64,000 nucleotides of DNA from Gracilinanus agilis (Eukaryota). Position numbers and translations under genes: made by a program. The notes below the pieces were generated by a model. The model had not been told where the DNA came from and did no database searches. It saw nothing but the letters and a program-made list of their open reading frames with translations. Position 1 is the first letter of the stretch; every line of letters begins with the position of its first letter. Location: NCBI RefSeq assembly GCF_016433145.1, contig NC_058135.1:174658486-174722485 (forward strand). Reading direction: 5' to 3'. Of the stretch, positions 52,326 through 63,265 are shown piece by piece.

Positions 52326-52359
52326 GAAATGCAATGTGTACACAAGTGCTTCTATTTAT

Positions 52360-52553
52360 TTTTTTCCTAATTTTTTTTAAACCCTTAACTTCTGTGTATT
52401 GGCTCATAGGTGGAAGAGCGGTAAGGGTGGGCAATGGGGGTCAAGTGACTTGCCCAGGGTCACACAGTTGGGACGTGTCTGAGGCCAGATTTGAACCAAG
52501 CACCTCCCATCTCTAGGCCTGGCTCTCAATCCACTGAGCTGCCCAGCTGCCCC
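52360..52553 (-). mobile_element. Full-length young SINE1-type SINE
   Basis: Perfect TSD CAAGTGCTTCTATTTAT at 52343-52359 and 52553-52569; intact head GGGGCAGCTGGG. Confidence 0.95.
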
Positions 52554-53271
52554 AAGTGCTTCTATTTATAAGGAAAATTGAGAAGAGAAATGGCAAAATG
52601 GTAAAAATTATTGGGGAATGTCAGAGAAGCTTTCAAGTAGGAGGAGGCACTCAAGTTAAACCTTGAAGGAAGATAAAGATTCTAAGAATAGAGATAAGCA
52701 AGAAATTCATTCCAGGCAGGGTCAAGAACCTGTACTGAAGAGACACAGGAGACCACGGAGTGCTTACTTAGAGTAATGGCTCATTTTCTAGTTTGGGACT
52801 TGGAATTTATGAAGGGAAACAATATGAAATAAAGATCTTAGAAGCACAGGTTTAGAGCTGAAAGGATTACAAGATCCTCTCATGAAAATTTCCCTTCCTG
52901 TAAATTGGGTGTAAGATGGAACCATAAAATGGTTGTTTTGATAGAACCAAGGTCAGAAAGGTCCCTTGGGTATTAGGTGAAAGTTAAGATTTGAACCTAA
53001 ATCCTCTGAATCCAAACCCAATGCTGTTTTCCTCTCAGCCTTTATACCAGGAGGTTTCCAAAATCACTCAGAAACTGTGGACAAAATGAAAAAGGTGGAT
53101 GAAAGGGGAAGAAGAGTCTGAGAGAAAGTTTGTTAGAATCAGATATTCATTTATGGTAGTGGGAGGAGCTGCAGATGGAGGGTAAAGCTAATTAGGGATC
53201 CGATTTTACAGGTCTCTGAACCCAGAGAATCAAGCAGACCTAGGGCACTAATAAGACCAGGAAAGCACGTG

Positions 53272-53460
53272 ACTCAAGTTGAGCTTTAGTATCAAACACT
53301 CACTAATTGTGTAACCCTGGGCAAGTCACTTCATTCTGTTTGCCTCCATTCCCTCTTCTGTAAAAAGATTTGGAGAAGAAAATGGCAAACCACACCAGTA
53401 TCTTTGCCAAGAAAAAAAAAAAAGAGTTGGACATGACTGAAATGACTCAGTAACAACAAC
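53272..53460 (+). mobile_element. MAR1 SINE
   Basis: ccctgggcaagtcact...ggagaagaaaatggcaaaccacaccagtatctttgccaag...ttggacatgactgaaatgact...aacaacaac. Confidence 0.8.
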
Positions 53461-53531
53461 AAAAGTAATCAGGCTTAAAAAGTAATAAAAAGTGAAAGTC
53501 TCAGGGCTAAGGCTAAAGTCTCCTCCTAAAC

Positions 53532-53721
53532 CAAAGGTGTGAAACTCAAATGGAAATGGAGCCACTGAGATATACATCATGATCCCTATAAATGGCATAG
53601 TGAACATTATCTGTGTTCTGTTTTTGTTTTTTCAATTTTGTTAACTACTTCCCAATTTCATTTTAATCTGCTTTCTGAGCCCCTGAAGGGAGTGTTCTCA
53701 GTGGCTTGTTGGACACTTCTG
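53532..53721. mobile_element. hAT-type MITE
   Basis: Degenerate TIRs caaaggtgtgaaac / gttggacacttctg; 8-bp TSD tcctaaac / tgctgaac (6 of 8). Confidence 0.7.
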
Positions 53722-55248
53722 TGCTGAACCAATTCCATGGAATTTCTGGGAATCTGGTCAAAATCAGCAAGGCTTAAGGCTCAGGATTACACCTTTCCCA
53801 TTAACGGTGCCCTCCATCCATATCCTTGTTGTCTTACATGCCCCGATTCTTGCCATAGTTCCCACCTGGTCTCCTCACCGTCTTTCCTTCTCCTTTTCAT
53901 GCAGCCCTGAGAACCGTAGCTAGATTAAGTTTTATAACACATGATTTTCATCACATTCTCCCACTGCTTCAGTGACTCACACGTGTTTCCCAAACTCCTT
54001 AGACTAGGCTTAGTCCCACTCTCTATGCTGTTAGTCAAATCAAGTCACCAAGCTTTTACTAAACATTTACGACGTGCCAGGCACTGGGCTCGACGTGTGC
54101 TGGCCATCCAGAGAAAGGAAAAACGAACAGTTCTCAAAGGAAACTCCAGCTCCACTCTAGGGTGATCTGGAAGGAAACCTCAGCTCTTGGCCAGGTTGTT
54201 CTCCTCCCTGTCCCATAAATACCTTCCCTGCAGTCTTTGTTCACACATTTCCTCTTTCTTGGAATGTCCACTTCAGTTTGCTGTGTAGTGTCTGATTGTG
54301 GATTTAGAAACTGAAGGGACCCACAACTCAAAAAGAAGTGGAGACCTCCACCCTGCACACGAGCATCCCCGTGGGCTCTATCTATTGACTTAGAAAAGCA
54401 CACGTTTATTTCTTTTTTATGAATGCACAGACACACTAAAATCAGCTAGGACCTATATCTGGTTTGGGCTGGATTGGGGAGAGTTGGGAGGCACACGTAG
54501 CCCACGTGGACTGATTCTCCATCCAGTCCAACTTCCTCATTTAAGAGAGGAGGAAACTGCAGCCCAAAGAGATTAAGGGATTTCTCAGCGGTCAAGCAGG
54601 TAGTAAGTGATGGGGTTAGGATTTAAACCCACATCTTCTGGGAATCTTGTCCCAGCACTTTTTTTGACAATGCCTCCTGTTCTTATCCCCATTGCCCAGC
54701 GACCTCGGCATTTCACTCGAATCTCTGACTTTTTTCTCTCTGTCCATTTACTTTGCTTCCTATACTTAATAGCCCAACCTAAATAGCAAAACAACTTTTT
54801 TTTTTTTTTTTTGCCTACCAAAACCCCCTTTTTTTTCTTTTTTCTTTCTTTTTTTGGCTTGAGTGACCCAAATAAATCTCTCTGTGTGGGCAGGGACTGT
54901 GTCATTTCCTAATTTAGTCCTATAGGGTGTGCTTTGTGCACAGGGATTAATCTTTTGCCACACCTAGCACAGCCTGTGATGGTGCTCAATCAGTTAGTGT
55001 TGTTAAAAATAAGTCTCTGTTAGGAAAATAACAAAATAAGAACTGTGAAAACCTATAGGCTTAAAAAATTAAGTATCTGTAACGCAGGGAGTTGTCTCTA
55101 AATTTTTTTTGTATTGTCCTTGGGCCTAGAAGAGCCACACATGTAGTAATTTCCTAATAAAGGTGTGTTGAATTGAATAAAATAGACTTGTTTAAGAAAT
55201 GGATTGATAGGTTTGAGGAAGTGACACATTTTTGGTAAAGGCTGTGGT

Positions 55249-55262
55249 CTGCCACCTTGTGG
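55249..55262 (-). promoter_or_regulatory. Candidate CTCF site CCACAAGGTGGCAG
   Basis: One deviation from CCACYAGRKGGCRS; same orientation as the 11189 site. Confidence 0.35.
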
Positions 55263-56072
55263 ACGATTTTGAAAATTACATTTGTTTTATTTTTATTTCA
55301 TTTTATTTTTAATTTATTTCATTTATATTTTCCTATATATATTTATGTTTGTTTAATTTATTTATATAGTTTTGTTTTTATTGATTGGGAATTCCTTTCA
55401 TTGATGCTGATTTATAACTCATGGATGCCTTAGAGTCTTGGGGAATTGCATGGGATGTAGGAATTAATTGGAATAATTTGATTATAGTCCCATATCTACT
55501 TTTTTCCAGGCAGAACTTGGACCCAGGCTTTTTTGTGTGTGTGTGACACCGAGGCTTGCCTTTTCTCCACCGCACCCCTCTATATCACTTTTTAAAATAT
55601 TGTAATAAATTGTTATTTTTAGATGTTTGGAGAGGGGCTGTCAGAGTTGTATTGAAAGAATGTTATAAAAAAATAAGCAAAGTAGATAAAGAAAGCCTCC
55701 CTTTGACTGAGGTTGGGAAGCTTTAACGTGTGATGTTGAGACTAAGAGTACTAGAATTGGAGTAAATTCATTTGGTTTTGAGTTCCTGGCTCCGACATTT
55801 ATAAGCTTTGTGATTTATAGAACTTATTTGAGCCTTAATTTTCTCTTCTAAAAAATGGGGACAATAAATTCTACCCAACTATCTTTGTAAGGTTGTTAGT
55901 GTCAGATGAGATGATGGATGTGAAAGGGTTTTATAAATTGTAAATTCCCAGAGGAATATTGGGTGTAGCTATTTGTAGTAGTACTAAACTGATGTCTTGT
56001 ACTAGGTACATCACCCTAAGGACATTCATGAAAATATTTCTTGGTGTGTCTTTAAGAATGAACAATAACACA

Positions 56073-56273
56073 GGGGGCAGCTGGGTAGCTCAGTGGATTG
56101 AGAGCCAGGCCTAGAGACGGGAGGTCCTGGGTTCAAATATGACCTCAGCCACTTCCTACCTGTGTGACCCTGGGCAAGTCACTTGACCCCCATTGCCTAC
56201 CCTTCTGCCTTGGAGCCAATACACAGTATTGACTCCAAGAGGGAAGGGAAGGGCTTTAAAAAAAAAACAAAAA
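56073..56273 (+). mobile_element. Full-length young SINE1/MAR1-type SINE
   Basis: Perfect 19-bp TSD AAGAATGAACAATAACACA at 56054-56072 and 56274-56292; A tail. Confidence 0.95.
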
Positions 56274-56399
56274 AAGAATGAACAATAACACATAATAATC
56301 CACTTTCTATAATAAATGTTGAAAAAGTCCTAGAAAGTATGTTTAGTATTTAGAAATCCCCTTAGTGAATGGTATTCAAATCACAAGATCTCTTTAGGT

Positions 56400-57010
56400 T
56401 TCTTTTTGCTGTGCTAAGTACTGAGGCTACCAAAAGAAGCAGAAGACAGTCCCTGCCCTCAGGGTGGTCACTGGGAAAACAAGCAAATAAATATAGACAA
56501 ACAGGCTATCTACAGAGAAGTAGGAAGACATTTAGGAGGGGGTGAGAGAGATTTCCTATAGAAGATGAGATTCTAATTGGGATGTGAATGAGCCAAGGAA
56601 GTCAGGAGACAGAGATGAAAAGGAAGCGAATTCCAGGGATGGGGGACAGCCAGAGAAGATGCCCAGAGCCAAGAGATGAGGTGTCTTGTTGGAGGAATTG
56701 CAAGGAGGTCGGGTCCTCTGGATCAAAGAGTACTTGCCTGAGAGTAAGGTCTAAGAAAACTGGAAAGGTAGGAGGTGGTTGGGTTATAAAGGGCTTTGAA
56801 TGCCAAACAGGGGATTTTGTATTTGGTCTGGAGGCTACAGGGCAACACTGGAGGGAAGTGGGGAAGGCACAGTCAGACCTTGTGCCTTAGAAAAATCACT
56901 TTAGTGGCTGAATGAAGGCTAGATAGAGTAGGGAGAGACTTGAGGGAGGTAGACTCCTCCTGTAGCAGGCTAGCCACTCTAGCCTAGTCCTTTGGTAATG
57001 AGAGCCTACA
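56400..57010 (-). mobile_element. L2 fragment
   Basis: agacagtccctgccctc...gggggacagccag...gggctttgaatgccaaacag...agtggctgaatga. Confidence 0.75.
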
Positions 57011-57504
57011 TAGAGTACCTACAGAAAATGGAAATAACTTTAAAGGACCTGAAGTCCCAATGCAAGTCACTCAAGCTCTCTAAAGTTCAGCTTTCTCATC
57101 TATAAGATGACGGGGCTGGAATCTCCATCCTCTAAGATTAAATCCACATCTAAAATCCACAAGTCTATTCTCCTATGACTAAAAATTGGTTCAACCCTCC
57201 ATTCAAAACAGAAGACTCACACTAAGAGTTGTCTGATCATTTTCATTCAAGACCTGTTATTGTGCCATTTGTCCGCAGATAGCCCTGAACCCTTCGAGGT
57301 CCCACTGTGTGGAGGCTCCTTTTCTCCACAGGTAGATGTAGGTTCCTTCAATCCGCATTGAAAGAGGGTCTTTCCCCGGCGTTTTCCAAAGCATGCGTGT
57401 AAATATTAACCAAAATGAATGTGGCTCTTTCTAGGAAAGGGCTGTTTGTGCATGTGAAATGAACCAAAGCAGCAAAGGACACTGATATCCTGGATTAAGT
57501 GAAG

Positions 57505-57576
57505 GGAAGGAAGGAAGGAAGGAAGGAAGGAAGGAAGGAAGGAAGGAAGGAAGGAAGGAAGGAAGGAAGGAAGGAA
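57505..57576. repeat. (GGAA)18 microsatellite followed by (GA)n
   Basis: Perfect tetranucleotide run read directly. Confidence 0.97.
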
Positions 57577-59110
57577 GGAGAGAGAGAGAAAAAAGAAGAA
57601 TTCTGTGAAAGAGAGATTTTGGGAAGAGAGACAAGAATGACAGGGAATGTTGTAAAACTACAGAGACAACTGAACAGGATCTCTCTTCACCTAACACTTA
57701 GAGAATTTTAAAAAATCAATTCTTGCATTTCAGATGTGATTTGAATATAGACTTCCAGGCTGCACCCAACTTTCTAAGAAGATATTTCTTTTATAAAATA
57801 AAATCTACTTGACTTAATGTCGAGTGTAATGTTATTGTTATAATAATGGATCATTTAAAAATAATAATTATCAAGAACATCCCTTATTAATCATTTATTT
57901 TAAAGAAAAAGGAAAAAATCCATTCCTTTGACCTCATTGGGAAGCAATGATTACTGTTAACCTCATTTAGTTAAGGGACTATGAAGCTAACAGAGCTCAA
58001 TTAATTTCCCAAAATTGACACTGCGAGCCTTGGCAGATAGAGGCTTATGACCCTAAATGCTTGGTTTTTAGGCTAGCATTTGCTCCAATGTACCAAGCAT
58101 CCTGCTTCCTGATTGACATAAAGCCCAGTGCAAAGCAGAGCTTTCAGATGCCAGCTTTGCCATTTAGCACTGATTACAGCTTTGACCTTTCCAAAGCTGT
58201 TGTTGCCCTTTCATTGGTAAGTCAGTGGAAATTGTGCTGGTTTTTGTCCCCTTTAGAAACTTCTGTTTCCAGCCCTCAATGAGTCAAAGACTGAAGTGAC
58301 TGGTTTTTGGAGAGTAGCTTTGTAAGGCAATGATGTGCGTGGCCTGTAGTAGGTGCTTAGTAAATCTTTATAAACTTACTGATCAACCAATGCCCTGGTA
58401 TCCCGTGTAAAAGCTGTATCCTGTGGTGGGCAAATGCCTTAGATGGTTAATTAGAGAAATTCAAAAATTCTCTCTTCCCCTAAAGAAATGCACCATAGGA
58501 AACAGTTGAGACAATGGGTTGGCAACCCGTGGCAACAGCAGTGGTGAAAGTCTGTGGCAGCAGGTGCATGAAAAGGACACAGTTTGATATTGGCAGCAGC
58601 AGTGGCTCAGGCTACTGGTAAGAGAGAGGCATCATCACTAGGGCACATCATGCGCCTCTACAATCTGAAAGCTGAGCAGACTCCAGGAACAGGCGGGAGC
58701 AGCAGTAGACCAAGTCTCTAACACTGGTATGGCCAGCTGGTGTCAGCTTGGACCGGGAACCTGTCACACTGGGCCCTGCTCCAAGCTGCAACCAGGCTTG
58801 ATGCCACTACTGCCACCACACACACAGACACACAGAGGCAGGCAGAGGGAAAAAAAGCCAGCAAAAAGTGTAGATAATATTCGGTAAGGTTGTTATTTAT
58901 TGCCAGAGCAGCCNNNNNNNNNNNNNNNNNNNNNNNNNNNNNNNNNNNNNNNNNNNNNNNNNNNNNNNNNNNNNNNNNNNNNNNNNNNNNNNNNNNNNNN
59001 NNNNNNNNNNNNNNNNNNNNNNNNNNNNNNNNNNNNNNNNNNNNNNNNNNNNNNNNNNNNNNNNNNNNNNNNNNNNNNNNNNNNNNNNNNNNNNNNNNNN
59101 NNNNNNNNNN

Positions 59111-59595
59111 CTACCTCTGTCTATCTATCTCTGTCTTTCTACCTACTTGTCTGCCTGTCTATCTTTCTGTCTATCTACCTATCTACCTACTTATCTGTCT
59201 GTCTGTCTACCTGTCTGTTTATCTACCTATCTGTCTGTCTGCCTGTCTGTCTGTCTACTGTCTCTCTCTCTCTNNNNNNNNNNNNNNNNNNNNNNNNNNN
59301 NNNNNNNNNNNNNNNNNNNNNNNNNNNNNNNNNNNNNNNNNNNNNNNNNNNNNNNNNNNNNNNNNNNNNNNNNNNNNNNNNNNNNNNNNNNNNNNNNNNN
59401 NNNNNNNNNNNNNNNNNNNNNNNNNNNNNNNNNNNCTATCTGCTTGTTTGTCTATCTATCTATCTGTCTATCTACCTACTTATCTGTCTGTCTGTGTGTG
59501 TCTACCTGTCTGTTTATCTATCTACCTATCTGTCTGTCTTTCTATCTGTCTATCTATTTATCTCTCCATCCATCTATATCTCTATCCCTCTGTCT
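59111..59595. repeat. Compound (TCTA/TCTG/CCTA)n microsatellite; gaps at 58914-59110 and 59274-59435
   Basis: Read directly; source of the spurious YLSVCL-type ORFs. Confidence 0.95.
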
Positions 59596-59605
59596 ATTTT
59601 AATGA

Positions 59606-59801
59606 AAACCCTTATCTTCTGTCTTAGAATTGTCACCAAGTAATCAGTTCTTTGGCAGAAGAAAGGTAAGGGCTAGGCAGTGAGGGTTAGGTGATTTGCC
59701 CCTAAGGTCACAGAGCTAGGAAGTGTCTGAGGCCATATTCAGACCTAGCACCACTCCTCTCCAGACCTGGCTCTCAGTCCCCTGAGCCACCGAGCTGCCC
59801 C
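59606..59801 (-). mobile_element. Older full-length MAR1/SINE1-type SINE
   Basis: aaacccttatcttctgtcttagaat...aagtgtctgaggcc...ctgagccaccgagctgcccc. Confidence 0.85.
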
Positions 59802-60019
59802 AACAAGTATTTATAAAGTGATTCTCATGGGCCAGCAATTGTGAATTCAAAAGCAAAAATGAAACCGCCCCTGCCTTCAGGGGACTTCCATTGCGCTGGA
59901 TTGTTGGTATCTATGGCCCTGATAGAGGGAGGTACTTTGTGATTTTGAATTCATTTAACCATCCTATATTGAGTGCTCTGTGTGTATAACAGAAAAATGA
60001 ATGTAGCGTCGAGGTGTCA

Positions 60020-60240
60020 TAATGTATAGTGCTAGACTTGGAGTTGGGAAGAACTGAGTTCAAATTTTTTCTTAGATACTTTATTAGTTGGGGACTCTGG
60101 GGAAGGCTCTTTGTCCCAGTTTCCCCATCTGTAAAAGAGCAAAATTACCTGCTCCCCAAGGTTGTTGTGAGGATCCAGTGAGATACTTGTAATGTGCTTT
60201 GTAAGTCCAAAAGCACAATATGCATGCCAGATATTACAAA
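60020..60240 (+). mobile_element. MIR-family SINE
   Basis: gctagacttggagttgggaagaactgagttcaaat...cccagtttccccatctgtaaaa...gttgttgtgaggatc. Confidence 0.75.
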
Positions 60241-62274
60241 TGAACCCAGTTACGTGAGGGATTCCTGATCCTTGAAAAGCTTGCAAGCTAGTAGGCGAGG
60301 TTCTATTTGTAAAACAATAATAGGAAAATATAGTCATGTAGGGCAAAGTCAAATAAAACTCAGTGAGAGATGAAAAGAGAAACATATTGTTGCCTCTTTG
60401 AGAGGTCTCAGGAAAGCTTCCCCTGAGAAGGTGGCTCCTGAGCTGGACCTCAGAGTAAGATTTCAGAGAGTCTAGATCAGAAATTGGGGGACACTCAAGG
60501 CACAGGTGACTCGGCAGTGGGGAAATGGAGGAATGTTGAGTTCAAGGAATGGTAAGTGGGCCAACTTCAGAGGAGCCTAGAGTATTAAATTAGTGTGAAA
60601 CAAGACAGGAAAGGTAGGTCTAGCCAGGTCATAGGGATCCTTAAATGTCTGGCTGATGAGTCTGGAATTTATATGGTAGGCAACGAAGAAGTAGTCAGAA
60701 CGTTAACTTTTTAATTGATCACAAAAAACCCAGCTGAGGGGAATGATTTACTAAAAGATGATTTATGCTAAAAATGATGACTTGGCAAGAGGAAGAAGAG
60801 GAAGGAAGGCAAGGAAGAGTTGAATCATTCCCTTATTATTATTCATCTTGTATATGGGGCTTATATATATATTTCTTGTCCCAGTGGAGGAAGTGAAAAG
60901 AATTGAAATAATTCTTTTGCATAAATTTCATTAAGATATTTGGCTTGATTTTTATTTTTGTGCTGTTTTTTTAATACTCAGCTAGAAGGAACTTTTAGTA
61001 TTTGGGCACTAGAATTATGGGAAATGGTGCACTTATGGAATTTATATAGAATTATGGGAAATGGTGCACTTATTTTTCACCTTACCGTACATCATCTACT
61101 ATAGGAAGAAGTGCCATATATAAAGTGCCATTATAAAGATTAACTCTCTGAATCATCTCTTGAGCTAGTTATATCAAGGTGGCCATGATTTCTCAAAAGA
61201 TATTTCTGAGTACTGTGTCTCTATGTTCCCTTTTATTTACACTAGATTATTTCTGTTGCTACACATTATCATGCAATTTAAAAATAAGTAAGCTTGAAAT
61301 AATAGAATTATAGGTTGTCCAAGTTGAAGAGGAATTTCAAGATCGTTTCTTCCAACTGTCTCATTTGACTTATGAGAGCACGTGAGCCTGGAGAAAATGA
61401 AATAATTTGCCCAACGTCACATAGCCACATGACAGTGGCTAGCAGTGCCTTCCAGCTCTGTGCTCTTTCTGTTATGACATCATATTCTCAAACTAGAACT
61501 GTCCTGTGTATTTTCCTAGATTCACATTCCAAATATGCCTCTGTGTTTGTTGCTTCCTTGCTTAAATACTCTTGAACCAAATATTTTGCAATAATTTGCT
61601 GCCCAAACATACATAAATCACAAATTTAGTGGTCATAACTATTGGTATCATCTGTGACCTAAATATTGCCTCGCCATTTGGAATAATAAATGCCTAGGAA
61701 AGTAGCCCCTGAAGTAGGACTAGGTCTGGACAGAGTTTTGTTCAGCCTGAAAAATGAAGTGATTAATAAGTATTTATTGATGAGGTGGTTTCTTTCTCTG
61801 CCTTCCTTCTTCAGAATGAAGCTAATCATTAGATTGATTTTGGCTGGCTTTTGAATAACTATGTAGAAATGTTGAATTGCATGTATTATGAGGTAGTAGT
61901 CAGCACCAGGATTTCTCAGAGGACCTATCCAGGACTCTGAAGAAGATAGGAAACATTCATATTCACAAGATCATTAAATTTGGAGGTTAACAAAATCTTA
62001 AGAGATCATGTAGTCCAACCACTCCATTTTATAGAAGTTAAGGGACTTTCCCCTAGTTATACTGGTAATAAAAAATAAAGCTAGTATCTGAACCCAGGTT
62101 TTCAAACCCTGAATGTCTTGACTGCACAGAGTATAGCTTGCACCTTCCCTACTCTTGACTCCTTAGACTGTGAGGTTTTCATAAGTGGTTTTATATCAGC
62201 ACATTATTATTGGCCTGATGCAGTTTTTTACCATCTTAGAGACTGTGGTAGAGAGGAGAGAGACTCTTTTTTTC

Positions 62275-63265
62275 AAAAATTTTTCCCCAATTACATGTAA
62301 AAAATGTTAATATTTTCTTTTTAAGTTTTTGAGCTCCAAATTTTCTCCCTTCCTCTTCTCACACCCCATTGAGAAGGCAAGCAGTTTGATAGGTTTTACA
62401 AAACATTTATCCACATTATCCATGTTGGAAAAAGAAATGGAACCACTCTCCCGAAAAAAGAAATAAAGTACACTTTGATCTGCATTCAGTTCTCCATCAG
62501 TTCTTTCTCTGAAGGTGGATGGCATTATTTTTCATCACGAGTCTTTTGAAATTATCTTAGATGATTGTATTGCTTAGGATAGCTAAGTCATTCACAGTTG
62601 ATCATTGTAAAATATTGCTATTACTATGTGCGATGTTCTCCTAGATTTTGCTCACTTTACTTTGTATTAATTCATTTAAGTCTTTCCAGGTTTTTCTGAA
62701 AGCCTCCTGCTCCCCATTTCTCATAGCACAATAGTATTTCATCACAATCATACACCACAACTTGTTCAGCCATTCCCCATTTGATGGGTATCTTCTCAAT
62801 TTCCAATTCCTTACCACCACAAAAAAACACTACTATAAATATTTTTATACATGTAAGTCCTTTTCCTTTTATAAAAAAAAAAATCTTTTTGGGAGACAGA
62901 CCTAGTGGTATTATTACTCAGTCAAAGGGCATGCATAGTTTTGTTTTGTTTTTTAAACCCTTACCTTCTGTCTTGGAATCAATACTGTGTATTGGCTCCA
63001 AGGCAAAAGAGTGGTAAGGGCTAGGCAATAGGGGTCAAGTGACTTGCTCAGGGTCACACAGCTGGGAAGTGTCTGAGGCCAGATTTGAACCTAGGACCTC
63101 CCATCTCTAGCCCTGGCTCTCAATCCACTGAGCCACCCAGCTGCCCCACATGCATAGTTTTAAAAGCCCTTTGGGCATAGTTCCAAATTGTTCTCCAAAA
63201 TAGTTGAATCAGGTCACAACTCCACCAGCCTAGTTTTCCCACATTCCATCCAACAATTGTCATTT
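62275..63265 (-). mobile_element. L1 3' fragment interrupted by a SINE
   Basis: ccccaattacatgtaaaa...cattgagaaggcaagca...cttgttcagccattcccc...gcccttggg-like...gttccaaattgttctcc. Confidence 0.85.
62943..63147 (-). mobile_element. Full-length young SINE1/MAR1-type SINE nested in L1
   Basis: Perfect 13-bp TSD CATGCATAGTTTT at 62930-62942 and 63149-63161. Confidence 0.95.

Noticed and set aside
54060-54520. Mild CpG excess with CACGTG/CACACG motifs
   Set aside because: Part lies in an L2 tail, density is far below a CpG island, and there is no coherent motif cluster.
58890-59643. 245-247 aa ORFs with YLSVCL repeats
   Set aside because: Translation of a tetranucleotide microsatellite plus N gaps.
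17-63017. Nearly all ORFs in the supplied track
   Set aside because: Short, low-complexity or inside repeats, with no recognisable protein similarity; only 41445-41642 overlaps a real exon.
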